NCBI GenBank assembly: GCA_963718525.1
Contig: OY970355.1
Coordinates: 672,001 to 736,000, forward strand
Source: Candidatus Dormiibacterota bacterium
Lineage (GTDB): Bacteria > Chloroflexota > Dormibacteria > Aeolococcales > Aeolococcaceae
DNA: 64,000 nt
Reading direction: 5' to 3'
The notes beneath the pieces were generated by a model. It searched no databases and was not told the DNA's origin. It saw only the letters and a program-made list of their open reading frames with translations. Within the stretch, counting starts at the first letter, position 1; the number at the start of each line of letters is the position of its first letter. Shown here piece by piece: positions 10,886-19,517 of this stretch. Made by a program: the position numbers and the translations under genes.

Positions 10886-10928
10886 TGGTTGGGGAGAGAG
10901 GATTCGAACCTCTGATGGCTGATCCAGA
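10886..10928 (-). tRNA. 3' half of tRNA-Gln(CUG), partial; probable att site
   Basis: Minus strand TCTGGATCAGCCATC-AGAGG-TTCGAAT-CCTCT-CTCCCCA-A-CCA: anticodon CTG, T-arm, acceptor 3' strand and CCA. The 5' half is absent. Confidence 0.8.
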
Positions 10929-11096
10929 TTACTCGTTCCTCGTTGCACCTCCTGAAATAGCCGGTGCCCCGCCTGGTCGCGAAGCTGCGCTCACATCCGG
11001 GAGACGGGGATTATCTCCACGCCCGCTAGGTCGATCTCACGTTCGGCTGCAAACTGCTACGACCGGTACGTAGCAGCAGGCAAGTCCGGCCGCGAT

Positions 11097-11552
11097 TCAT
11101 TTCGTGACTGCGAGCGCGTCGCGCATCCAGGGTGGCAGAGTGATGCGACCTTTGCCATTCGGATCGATCGCTACATAAACATTGCGACCGACAGCGATGA
11201 CTTTATCCTCATCGATCATGCGGAAGCCGAGCTCGAGAGACGAGGTTCCCAATCGTAGGCATCCGACCTCGAGCACAATCTCGTCGTCGAACTGCGCAGG
11301 CTTGAGGTACCGGCACGTTGCCTCGACTACAACCAAGTCGAGCCCACGCTGGTGTATCGCGCTCCAGTCACCTACGGCCGTCCGCAAGTACTCAACCATG
11401 CCCATATCAAAGTACTCGAAGTAGCGCGAGTGGAAGACATATCCTTGGGGATCGCACTCGCTATAACGCACCCGAAACGGCCAACGATGCCCTAGGGTTC
11501 TCGTGGTGAGCCGGTCAAGCACCTTTGACGGATCAGATTGGATAGAAGCCAC
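11097..11552 (-). CDS. Acyl-CoA thioesterase (4HBT/YbgC hotdog family)
   Basis: RVRYSECDPQGYVFHSRYFEYF, CRYLKPAQFDD. Confidence 0.9.
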   Translation of the reverse strand: MASIQSDPSKVLDRLTTRTLGHRWPFRVRYSECDPQGYVFHSRYFEYFDMGMVEYLRTAVGDWSAIHQRGLDLVVVEATCRYLKPAQFDDEIVLEVGCLRLGTSSLELGFRMIDEDKVIAVGRNVYVAIDPNGKGRITLPPWMRDALAVTK

Positions 11553-11656
11553 CCCTCTACGTCGTCCGCTCCGTCCTAACGAAAGTCAAGACGAGGCCCC
11601 GTCGGTATGGTCAAGGTCGACGGGTCTCATGGGGCAGGCGCGGCTCGGGCGCGACT

Positions 11657-12151
11657 TCACGCATGATCGAGCCCGCGATCTGCGCGGCGGAGCGCGACCC
11701 CCTCGACCGCGTTCACGATTGACGAGTACCCGGTGCACCGACACAAGTTGGAGCTGACGGACTCCCGAATGGCAGAGCGCGAAACACCTGCGGGCGATGA
11801 TGCCAGGCACGCGTAACTCACCACTAACATCCCTGACGTGCAGAAGCCACATTGAAAGGCGTTGTTGTGGAGGAAAGAGGCTCGAAGTTCCGTGGCCAGC
11901 TCGCGATCCAGGAAATCAAGTCCTTCTACCGTCACCACTCGGTGACCCCGTGCCTTCCACAACGGCACGAGACAACTCCTCACCGGCTGCTCATCGACGA
12001 GGACTGTGCAGGCACCGCATACGCCGTGTTCACAAATTGTGTGGCCACCTTGGAGACGGATCTTGTCTCGCAGGAAGTCACTCAGTGACCAGTAGAGCGG
12101 CACTTCTATCGCACATTCGACGCCGTTGATGGTGATAGTTTCGCTATCCAT
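11657..12151 (-). CDS. Molybdenum hydroxylase 2Fe-2S small subunit (CoxS/XdhC-like)
   Basis: CEHGVCGACTV, QCGFCTSG, NLCRCTGY. Confidence 0.93.
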   Translation of the reverse strand: MDSETITINGVECAIEVPLYWSLSDFLRDKIRLQGGHTICEHGVCGACTVLVDEQPVRSCLVPLWKARGHRVVTVEGLDFLDRELATELRASFLHNNAFQCGFCTSGMLVVSYACLASSPAGVSRSAIRESVSSNLCRCTGYSSIVNAVEGVALRRADRGLDHA

Positions 12152-12989
12152 TGGTTCCACTCCTCGCGAGCGTGTTCCGAGTGGTCCAGGCTCGCTCGAC
12201 CAGAATCTCCGCGACCCACTCCGCAGAGAAGCCTGACTGGACCATCGCTTCTTCAACTCCGGCTCTGACCTCGTCGCGCAGCTGCGCACGGTTCGCCAAC
12301 CGGCCGACCTGGATCAAGCCCGCGCTGCCATCTCGTACCGCAAATGCGATCCGGCCGCTCTGAGCTTCGCCTCCAGCTGTTGGAATTGCCAACGCCGCGG
12401 CCAGAACGGGCACCCACGTCCCCTGCTCCCCAACCTCAAAGAAGTCCCACCCGTCGAGCCCGTCCTGCAGAGGCACCTCAAGGTGCGTGAGCAGCAGGAC
12501 TGATGTGTCGCGCTCTGGTCGCATCGAGCGGAGCTCGAGCCCGGTCAGCCTCCGGGTCTCCCCCCATGAATCGAGGACGACGGCCGCGCCACCACATGCC
12601 ATGATCGCGAGCGGGATCTCCGCGGTTGGCGACCCATGGAAGAAGTTGCCGCCCGCAGTCGCGAGGGTCCGTATCGGACCGACAGCGACCTGCGATGCCG
12701 CTTTTGAGACGAGTCCCCCATTGCCTTCGAGTGAAGTTGCGGCTAGCTCGGCCAGGGTCATGCAGCTGCCGACTGCCAGCATCGCACCGTCATCCACTGA
12801 GTGGGCACGATGAAGCTCGCTCACACCCGAGAGGTCAATAAGGCATGTGGGGCGCCGGTAACCCAAGCGCAGCTCGTAGAGCAGCCCCTGGCCGCCGGCG
12901 ACGAACATTGCCTCCGGGTGTTCCCGCCACATCGCTACGGTTTCGGCGACCGTTGTCGGACACAGGTACTCAAGCGGATAGAACTTCAT
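12144..12989 (-). CDS. Molybdenum hydroxylase FAD-binding medium subunit (CoxM-like)
   Basis: AGGQGL, IRTLATAGGN; operon context. Confidence 0.88.
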   Translation of the reverse strand: MKFYPLEYLCPTTVAETVAMWREHPEAMFVAGGQGLLYELRLGYRRPTCLIDLSGVSELHRAHSVDDGAMLAVGSCMTLAELAATSLEGNGGLVSKAASQVAVGPIRTLATAGGNFFHGSPTAEIPLAIMACGGAAVVLDSWGETRRLTGLELRSMRPERDTSVLLLTHLEVPLQDGLDGWDFFEVGEQGTWVPVLAAALAIPTAGGEAQSGRIAFAVRDGSAGLIQVGRLANRAQLRDEVRAGVEEAMVQSGFSAEWVAEILVERAWTTRNTLARSGTNG

Positions 12990-15487
12990 GCGTCGCCTGC
13001 CCCCAGCCCCACCGGTTGGGTTTGGTTGCAGAGGTGCTGCCAGTCGAGACAGGCGTGAACAAAGTCTCGATGGTGGAGCGGCAGTTCGTTGACCACGAAT
13101 CCAACGGGTCGCAGGGCATCGCTGAGTGCTGTCGCGATTGCGGCAGGTGCACCGATCGGCCCATCTTCGCCCCCCCCGCGCACCCCAAAGACATTCCCAG
13201 GCGAGAGGGTCTCGACGTGCAAGACCTCAATCTCAGGGACGTCGGTAGCGCGTGGGGTTCGGTAGCGGAAGAGATCAGTTGCGCCGGACTGCCCTGCGTC
13301 GTTGAACTCGATGAACTCGAGGAGCGCCTGGCCCAGTCCTTGCGCCACGCCTCCACGAACCTGCTCGTCGAGCAGGGCTGGATTTATGACGCGGCCGGAG
13401 TCACCGACAACGACGTACTTACGGAAGCGGATCTCACTCGTGAGCGTGTCCACAGCGCACACAACCCCGTGCCAGGCGTAGGGCGACGTGAATGGCTTCG
13501 CCGGTCGAAAACTGCTAACGGCCGACAACCCCGGTGTGATTCGGCGGGGGAGACGGCTCATCTGGAAGTACGCGACGCGGCACACATCTTCAAGCGACAC
13601 CACGCGGCCATCGAGTGCTCGAACGCCTTCCGCAGTCAGGCTGACTTCTCCGTCGGTGCCAAGGAGCGACGCCCCAATGTCCTTGATTTTCCCGGCTAGT
13701 TCCTCTGCTGCCGTGACAACAGCGCCGCCACTGATCACCGAGACGCGACTGCCCCATGATCCGGAGCCGTAGTGGGCGCTTCCCGAGCTGTTGCCGGCGA
13801 CCCGCACACATCGTGGGTCGATGCACAGCACCTCACTGACCATCTGCGCGAACGTCGTCTCATGAGCCTGTCCGGAGGACGCGGCGGCGATACGGACATC
13901 GACTGAGCAGTCCGGGTTGACCCGGACATACGCTTCCTCCCAATCCGTTACGGCTCTCACGCCCAGGCCGTCCATCGAGACGGCCGATGGCTCCGCTACT
14001 GCCGATAGCCCAATGCCGATCAGGACGCGGTCGTGCCGGCGCCGGCGCTCCTCCCGCTCCTCGCAGACCGCGCGATAGTTGAGATGCTCAAGCGTCATGG
14101 CAAGTGCCGTGCGGTACTGCCCGGCGTCATAGTGAACGCCTGCGGAATTTGGACCTGTCTGCATCTCCGGCAAGAGATTGAGCTCCTGCACCGCTGCAAA
14201 GTCCTGTCCCACTGCCCATGCCACATCCTGAAGTACCCGCTCCACCACGAAGACGCCAACTGGTGCAGCCACGCCGCGGTAAGTGCCGCCCGTTGGCTTG
14301 TTGGTCATGACGGCGCGGGTGTGATAGGAGTATTCCCCGAGGTCATAGATTGAGGGAAGACGGAAGGGCAGGGCGGCCGCCTCAACCGCCGACGAGAGCG
14401 GCGAGTACGAGTACGCTCCAGCGTCACTCGTGGAGTCCACATGGAAGGCGACGATGCGACCGGTGGAGTCATACGCGGCCACCACATCATTGACTTCCCG
14501 TCGAGCCTGAATACCATTTTGGAGATGTTCAACAGATGTCTCGAGCCATCTGACTGGGCGTCCCGTATGCATGGCAAGGAGGCAAACCGCAATTTCCTCC
14601 CTCTGCGCACCGATCTTCGCCCCGAAGCCGCCTCCTACATCGGGTGCAACGACCTCGATGTTCAACTCTGGCAAATGGAGCACGTCGGCTAGCACGCGGC
14701 GAAGCATGAGCGGGGTCTGTGTGCTCGCGGTGACCTTCAGCGTGCCATGAGTCCAGACGGCTAGGCACCCTCGTGGTTCCATGGGCATCGCGGAGATGCC
14801 GGCGGTCATGAAGCGCGTCTGAAGATTCTGATCTGCGGACATCTCACGGACCCGCTGCGCGAGGCTCTCAGACGTGATGCCAGTTGCCTCGGTCGGATAC
14901 GACCCCTCGGCGCCATCCGCGCGCGTCCCTACGGCTTCGTAGAGAATGTTCGAGCCCAGATCGTTGTACAAGATGGGCACCCGATCAGACGCGCTCCCGG
15001 CGACGAGTGCATCGACCACCACCGGAAGCGGATCGATCTTCACGACCACGTGCTGGGCCGCTGCCTCTGCCTCAGAGCGATCCGGTGCCGCGACGATTGC
15101 TACCGGGTCCCCGATGTATCGGACCTTCTCCACGGCCAAGCACCAGAACTTCGGGTTTGCGTGGGTTGGGATTTCCCAGTGCGCGGGCATCGGGGCGCTC
15201 AGTGAGGCGACATCGAGGCCTGTCATACCCACGACGTCAGGCCGATGCGGCGTCGTCGCGCGTGTCAGGTCAACCTCTCGGAGCAGGCCGTGCGCGATCG
15301 TACTCCGCACGAATATCGCCTCCAGTGCTCCCTCCGCGTCAACATCCGCAAGGTATGCTGCCGCGCCGCGTACGAATCTGGCGGCGTCGATGCGAGGAAC
15401 GCTGCTCCCCACGACTGATTCGGAGCCCGACGCCTCAGCGAGACCCCACCGCTCCGCTGACTGGTTTCCTGATCTCAACTCCTTCAC
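12986..15487 (-). CDS. Xanthine dehydrogenase family molybdopterin-binding large subunit
   Basis: PMEPRG, VGGGFGAK, active-site loop TYRGVA, GSWGSR, QVRGGVAQGLG, GGGE. Confidence 0.93.
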   Translation of the reverse strand: MKELRSGNQSAERWGLAEASGSESVVGSSVPRIDAARFVRGAAAYLADVDAEGALEAIFVRSTIAHGLLREVDLTRATTPHRPDVVGMTGLDVASLSAPMPAHWEIPTHANPKFWCLAVEKVRYIGDPVAIVAAPDRSEAEAAAQHVVVKIDPLPVVVDALVAGSASDRVPILYNDLGSNILYEAVGTRADGAEGSYPTEATGITSESLAQRVREMSADQNLQTRFMTAGISAMPMEPRGCLAVWTHGTLKVTASTQTPLMLRRVLADVLHLPELNIEVVAPDVGGGFGAKIGAQREEIAVCLLAMHTGRPVRWLETSVEHLQNGIQARREVNDVVAAYDSTGRIVAFHVDSTSDAGAYSYSPLSSAVEAAALPFRLPSIYDLGEYSYHTRAVMTNKPTGGTYRGVAAPVGVFVVERVLQDVAWAVGQDFAAVQELNLLPEMQTGPNSAGVHYDAGQYRTALAMTLEHLNYRAVCEEREERRRRHDRVLIGIGLSAVAEPSAVSMDGLGVRAVTDWEEAYVRVNPDCSVDVRIAAASSGQAHETTFAQMVSEVLCIDPRCVRVAGNSSGSAHYGSGSWGSRVSVISGGAVVTAAEELAGKIKDIGASLLGTDGEVSLTAEGVRALDGRVVSLEDVCRVAYFQMSRLPRRITPGLSAVSSFRPAKPFTSPYAWHGVVCAVDTLTSEIRFRKYVVVGDSGRVINPALLDEQVRGGVAQGLGQALLEFIEFNDAGQSGATDLFRYRTPRATDVPEIEVLHVETLSPGNVFGVRGGGEDGPIGAPAAIATALSDALRPVGFVVNELPLHHRDFVHACLDWQHLCNQTQPVGLGAGDA

Positions 15488-15948
15488 TGCCTTCCTCTTC
15501 CACCGCTTCCAGAAGCCTGAACTTGTGGAACGTCTACAACCGCCGTCGCCTCGATTTCGATCAAAAACTCAGGACGCACAAGACGCTGCACCACGAGAAG
15601 AGTATTGGCCGGGTACACATGCTCCGGGAAGTAGGTGTCAAACAGCCGCGCCCGAGTTTCGTAGAACAGCGGAATGTCTTCCGCCCGAGTCAAGAAGGTC
15701 GTGAACTTGACGACGTCTCCGAGACTGCTCCCTGCGGCTGAAAGTACGCGTCCAAGATTCTCGAAGACGACCTCGGTTTGGCGCCCGAGATCGCCTTCTC
15801 CCTGCAGGTTTCCATCGATATCGACAGCCACCTGTCCCGCTACGAAGGTCGCGGCCCCACCCCGCATCGTCACGGCATGTGAGTACGCGCCGAGAGGAGC
15901 CCCAACCCCCTCCGGATTCACAAAGTATTCCAAATGTTTAGTGGCCAC
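15484..15948 (-). CDS. RidA/YjgF family protein
   Basis: YSHAV, FVAGQV, LIEIEATAV; the usual catalytic Arg position reads PANT. Confidence 0.9.
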   Translation of the reverse strand: MATKHLEYFVNPEGVGAPLGAYSHAVTMRGGAATFVAGQVAVDIDGNLQGEGDLGRQTEVVFENLGRVLSAAGSSLGDVVKFTTFLTRAEDIPLFYETRARLFDTYFPEHVYPANTLLVVQRLVRPEFLIEIEATAVVDVPQVQASGSGGRGRQ

Positions 15949-15976
15949 TCGCGTTCAACTGCCTCCCGTCAACGTG

Positions 15977-16864
15977 CTAAGCATGAGTCAGATACGGCGA
16001 AACGGACGGGTCGCCAAAGAGGGGATTATGAGCACCTTCGATGAAGTCGCATACCAAAGAGTTGAACAAGTTCGGATACTCCAAGAACGGCAGGTGCCCG
16101 CACCGCGGGAGGATGGTGAGGTGTGACTGCGGGATGCGTGCTGCCCCCCACGCGGCTGTCTCCGGGGAGCATCTGGGGTCCTCGCGCCCCGAAATGACGA
16201 GCGTCGGCACGCGTATCTCGCCGAGCCGATCGACTACTCGCTGCTCGGGCGGCGCGGGCCGACTACGCAGATCATCCAGAAGCGCCTCGTAGAAGGCTTG
16301 TACCTCTGGGAGCGCGTAGGAAGTCAGTTGCGGCAGCAACACCTCCTCTGGCACCGAGCGTGCATCCCAACAAATGCGAGCCAGCCGGGCTCGACAGCTC
16401 TCGAGTGACGCATGTTTGATGGCTGTCATGGCGTTCTGGTAGGTGTCCGAGTACATCTTCCGCGCAGCCTCGTCCGCTGTGAAACAGCTGCCGCTTCCAA
16501 CAATGACGAGACCCTTAACGCGGTCGGGCATGCGGAAGTACACAAGAGCAGCGATCAGAGCACCCACGGAGCTGCCTACGATCGTGACGCTCCCGAGAGC
16601 AAGTGCATCCATGACTGCGCAGATGTGCGTGGTGAGGGCTCCGCGAAAATCTCTATCCAGCACCTCACTTACACTGGTAAAGCCATGCCCAAGAAGATCC
16701 GGCGCGACCACCGTGTGCCTCTGCCCTAGGTCTGCTACGTTGCGGAGCCACAAATCTGCCGAAAGGCCCACTCCGTGAAGGAGCAGGACGGCATCGCCGT
16801 CACCATCGACGAGATATCGCGTGCGGACATCGCCGGCCCGCAAGTACATGGCCCGCATCGCCAC
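15977..16864 (-). CDS. Alpha/beta hydrolase (meta-cleavage hydrolase/amidase-like)
   Basis: LLHGVG, PDLLGHG, GSSVG nucleophile elbow, GREDP, CGHLP. Confidence 0.88.
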   Translation of the reverse strand: MAMRAMYLRAGDVRTRYLVDGDGDAVLLLHGVGLSADLWLRNVADLGQRHTVVAPDLLGHGFTSVSEVLDRDFRGALTTHICAVMDALALGSVTIVGSSVGALIAALVYFRMPDRVKGLVIVGSGSCFTADEAARKMYSDTYQNAMTAIKHASLESCRARLARICWDARSVPEEVLLPQLTSYALPEVQAFYEALLDDLRSRPAPPEQRVVDRLGEIRVPTLVISGREDPRCSPETAAWGAARIPQSHLTILPRCGHLPFLEYPNLFNSLVCDFIEGAHNPLFGDPSVSPYLTHA

Positions 16865-16915
16865 TAAGCTCCAGCTTCGGCAAACCGGTAACGGACGGCC
16901 GTCAAGAGAGCCTCG

Positions 16916-18391
16916 TCAGGGCGCACTTGGGCGCACCGCTGGTTGTCCACTGTCCGCCACGCTTCCGTCTCGGGGGAGACCGGCACGGAGGTTCCCCAAG
17001 CGGCGACGGGCCAGGACCAGATACAATCCGCCGCCGACCACTGGAGCGACGAACCAGGAGAGGTCTCCGCCATTGACAGCATTCGCAATGGGTCCGACCC
17101 AGAACGTCAGATTGGCGAAGGGGACTGCCACGGCGGCGCCCACCAGCCAGCTCACCAGGCCGGGCCAATTCCACGAGCCGTACATGCCGTTAGGTTTGAA
17201 TATCTCGGCCGTCACGTAATGGCGACGGCGGACGAAGTAGAAGTCGACCAGGTTCACGGCCGACCACGGCAGGAGGAAGAGCACTGCGACTGACAAGAAG
17301 TCACCAAAGACGCCGAAGAAGCTGTTCGCGTAGGCTATCGATGCAGCTAGTGCGAGCGCGAAGACCGGTACCATCGCAACGATCCGCGCCGTGCAACTCT
17401 TGGTCACCGCGAACCGCGGGTTAAGCGATTGGACAAGGCTCAAGGCCGTGTTCACGCCTGCGTAAAGTGAGAATGAACCTTGAAGGACCGTGACAATGCA
17501 TGTCACTGTCACAAACAACCAGGCAAACCAGAGTCCCAGTCCGCTCACCACCGTGAAGAGCGCACCGAAAACGTCCGGGGTGTAGCGGAACTCGACACCG
17601 AGGAGGGCTCCAAATACGAGAAGCCACAGTTCGCCCACCCAGATACCGAGATACGTCCATCCCGAGACGGCCCCAACACTCACGTCCGGCCTGAGGTACC
17701 TTGAATAGTCGGCTACATAAGGCGCGTATCCGGCGGCAAAAATGAAACTGAAGGATATGGTCCCCAGAAAGAGCCCCAAAGAGAAGGAACCACCGAGAGG
17801 AACTGACCCCCCGTTCGGAAGAGTGTTGTGAAAGATCAGCGTAAGAAACGCCACGAGGTACACAACGATCGCAACAACCGTCAGGACCTTACCAAGGGCG
17901 TGTGAGAAGTTGTAGCCGAACAGGGCCACCAGCGCGCAAAGCACCGCTATCACAACGGTGAGGAAAATCACACTGAGGCTAGGGGCTCCGCCAACGACGA
18001 GCAGGGCCGAGGCCGATGGGTTAGATGCAAAGAATCCAATATAGATGAATTCCGCCATAATCATCGCGAAAATAGATCCGCGGAATCCAAACTGCGCCCG
18101 CGATTGAATCATTTGGGGAATGCCTAAGGTCGGGCCTTGGGCGGCGTGAAAGGCCGCGAGCGCACAGCCTCCCGAGAGACCGATCACCATCGCGACCACG
18201 GTCCAGATGAAACTGGCGCCCGGCGATACAAACAGGGCGCCGGCACCAATACTGGCTACCACGACGCCTCCACCAAAGAAGAGCGTGAACATGTCCCGAG
18301 GCCGTCCGTGGCGCTCATTCAACGGGATGAAATCGATCGAGTGTTCCTCGATGGCGAGCATGTTGGTAGCCCCAGTCGTGGTCTCCGGCAT
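16916..18391 (-). CDS. NCS1 purine-cytosine permease family transporter
   Basis: IEEHSIDFIP..ERHG, GIPQMIQSRAQFG, ADYSRY, PWSAVNLVDFY; RBS GGAGG. Confidence 0.92.
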   Translation of the reverse strand: MPETTTGATNMLAIEEHSIDFIPLNERHGRPRDMFTLFFGGGVVVASIGAGALFVSPGASFIWTVVAMVIGLSGGCALAAFHAAQGPTLGIPQMIQSRAQFGFRGSIFAMIMAEFIYIGFFASNPSASALLVVGGAPSLSVIFLTVVIAVLCALVALFGYNFSHALGKVLTVVAIVVYLVAFLTLIFHNTLPNGGSVPLGGSFSLGLFLGTISFSFIFAAGYAPYVADYSRYLRPDVSVGAVSGWTYLGIWVGELWLLVFGALLGVEFRYTPDVFGALFTVVSGLGLWFAWLFVTVTCIVTVLQGSFSLYAGVNTALSLVQSLNPRFAVTKSCTARIVAMVPVFALALAASIAYANSFFGVFGDFLSVAVLFLLPWSAVNLVDFYFVRRRHYVTAEIFKPNGMYGSWNWPGLVSWLVGAAVAVPFANLTFWVGPIANAVNGGDLSWFVAPVVGGGLYLVLARRRLGNLRAGLPRDGSVADSGQPAVRPSAP

Positions 18392-18534
18392 GGCTAAACC
18401 TCCGCCTCTCGACCAGATGGATGGGTTGCAGCGATTCGCTTGTGCACGCGTTTCTCCTGATAAAAGGGGGCAGCCGGCCGATGATCGGGCGGAGTGTAGC
18501 GACCACAGGATTGCTCCGTCAAGGGAAACGGGCA

Positions 18535-18565
18535 GTTCTGATCCAAAATCAGCATCCAAAATCAG
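18535..18565. promoter_or_regulatory. Candidate GntR operator (TGAT-N5-ATCA with tandem ATCCAAAATCAG)
   Basis: GTTCTGATCCAAAATCAGCATCCAAAATCAG between the divergent permease and GntR; near-identical 17-mer at 21984. Confidence 0.65.
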
Positions 18566-18745
18566 GAGGGCTCAGGCCGGAGCTTGTCCATCCCCCGGGC
18601 TGCCAGTTCAGGGCATCAGCTGTTCGAATGTGCCGCGACGGGCGCTCTCGTCGCGGTAGGCTTGCTCGTCATGGGTACGCGGGCGGCGCCTCGAAGCCTG
18701 GGAACTCCTCCAGCGAACATTGGGTCATGGGTGAGCGGGCTGGCC

Positions 18746-19462
18746 ATGTCATCCGCGGCGCCGAGCGTCGGCATCCCTGGGACGCGCCACAAGCTTGGCC
18801 ACGAGGTCAGTAGGTACATCCGCGACGCCATCTTGAGTGGAGCGTTTGTTCCAGGTCAGCGAATGGGTGTCCATGATCTCGCCGAGTCTCTGGGAGTAAG
18901 CACGATGCCGGTGCGAGAGGCCCTCGTCACGCTCGCCAACGAGGGCTTACTTGACGTGTTGCCACGTCGCGGGTTTCGCGTTGCCTGGCTGCGCCAGACA
19001 GACCTCCGCGACGTTTACCAGATTCACGCGTTCGTTTCGGGGCTACTCGCCGGATATGCAGCGACGGTAATCAGCTCAAGCCAGATCGCCGAGCTGCGAG
19101 AAATCGACGAGCGCATCGGCCGGCTCGAACGGCGGCGGCTGAGTTCCGTCGAGCGCTCGGAGCGCATCGAGGAGCTGAATTTCAAGTTCCACCGCACGAT
19201 TAACTTGGCGACCGACCACGGGCGGTTGCACTGGTACCTTCGCACCGCCGATCGATATATCCCACGACGATTCCACACGAGGATCGTTGGGTGGGACGAG
19301 ACCACCGTTCACGGTCACGCCGAGATCATCAGCGCACTCGAAAGGCACAACTCTCGTCGAGCAAGGCGCCTGGTGGAGACGCACATTTCAACTGCGGGCG
19401 ACCTGATCATCGCGAATCTCGACAAGCTCGGCCTGTGGTCGGCCGACGGTCCCGGCTCGTGA
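18746..19462 (+). CDS. GntR family regulator with FCD domain
   Basis: LAESLGVSTMPVREAL, NFKFH, HAEIISAL. Confidence 0.92.
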   Translation: MSSAAPSVGIPGTRHKLGHEVSRYIRDAILSGAFVPGQRMGVHDLAESLGVSTMPVREALVTLANEGLLDVLPRRGFRVAWLRQTDLRDVYQIHAFVSGLLAGYAATVISSSQIAELREIDERIGRLERRRLSSVERSERIEELNFKFHRTINLATDHGRLHWYLRTADRYIPRRFHTRIVGWDETTVHGHAEIISALERHNSRRARRLVETHISTAGDLIIANLDKLGLWSADGPGS

Positions 19463-19517
19463 CGGCTAACTGCGCCACCGTGAACGATCGGCTGAAGAGG
19501 ACGATGCCAATACCACT

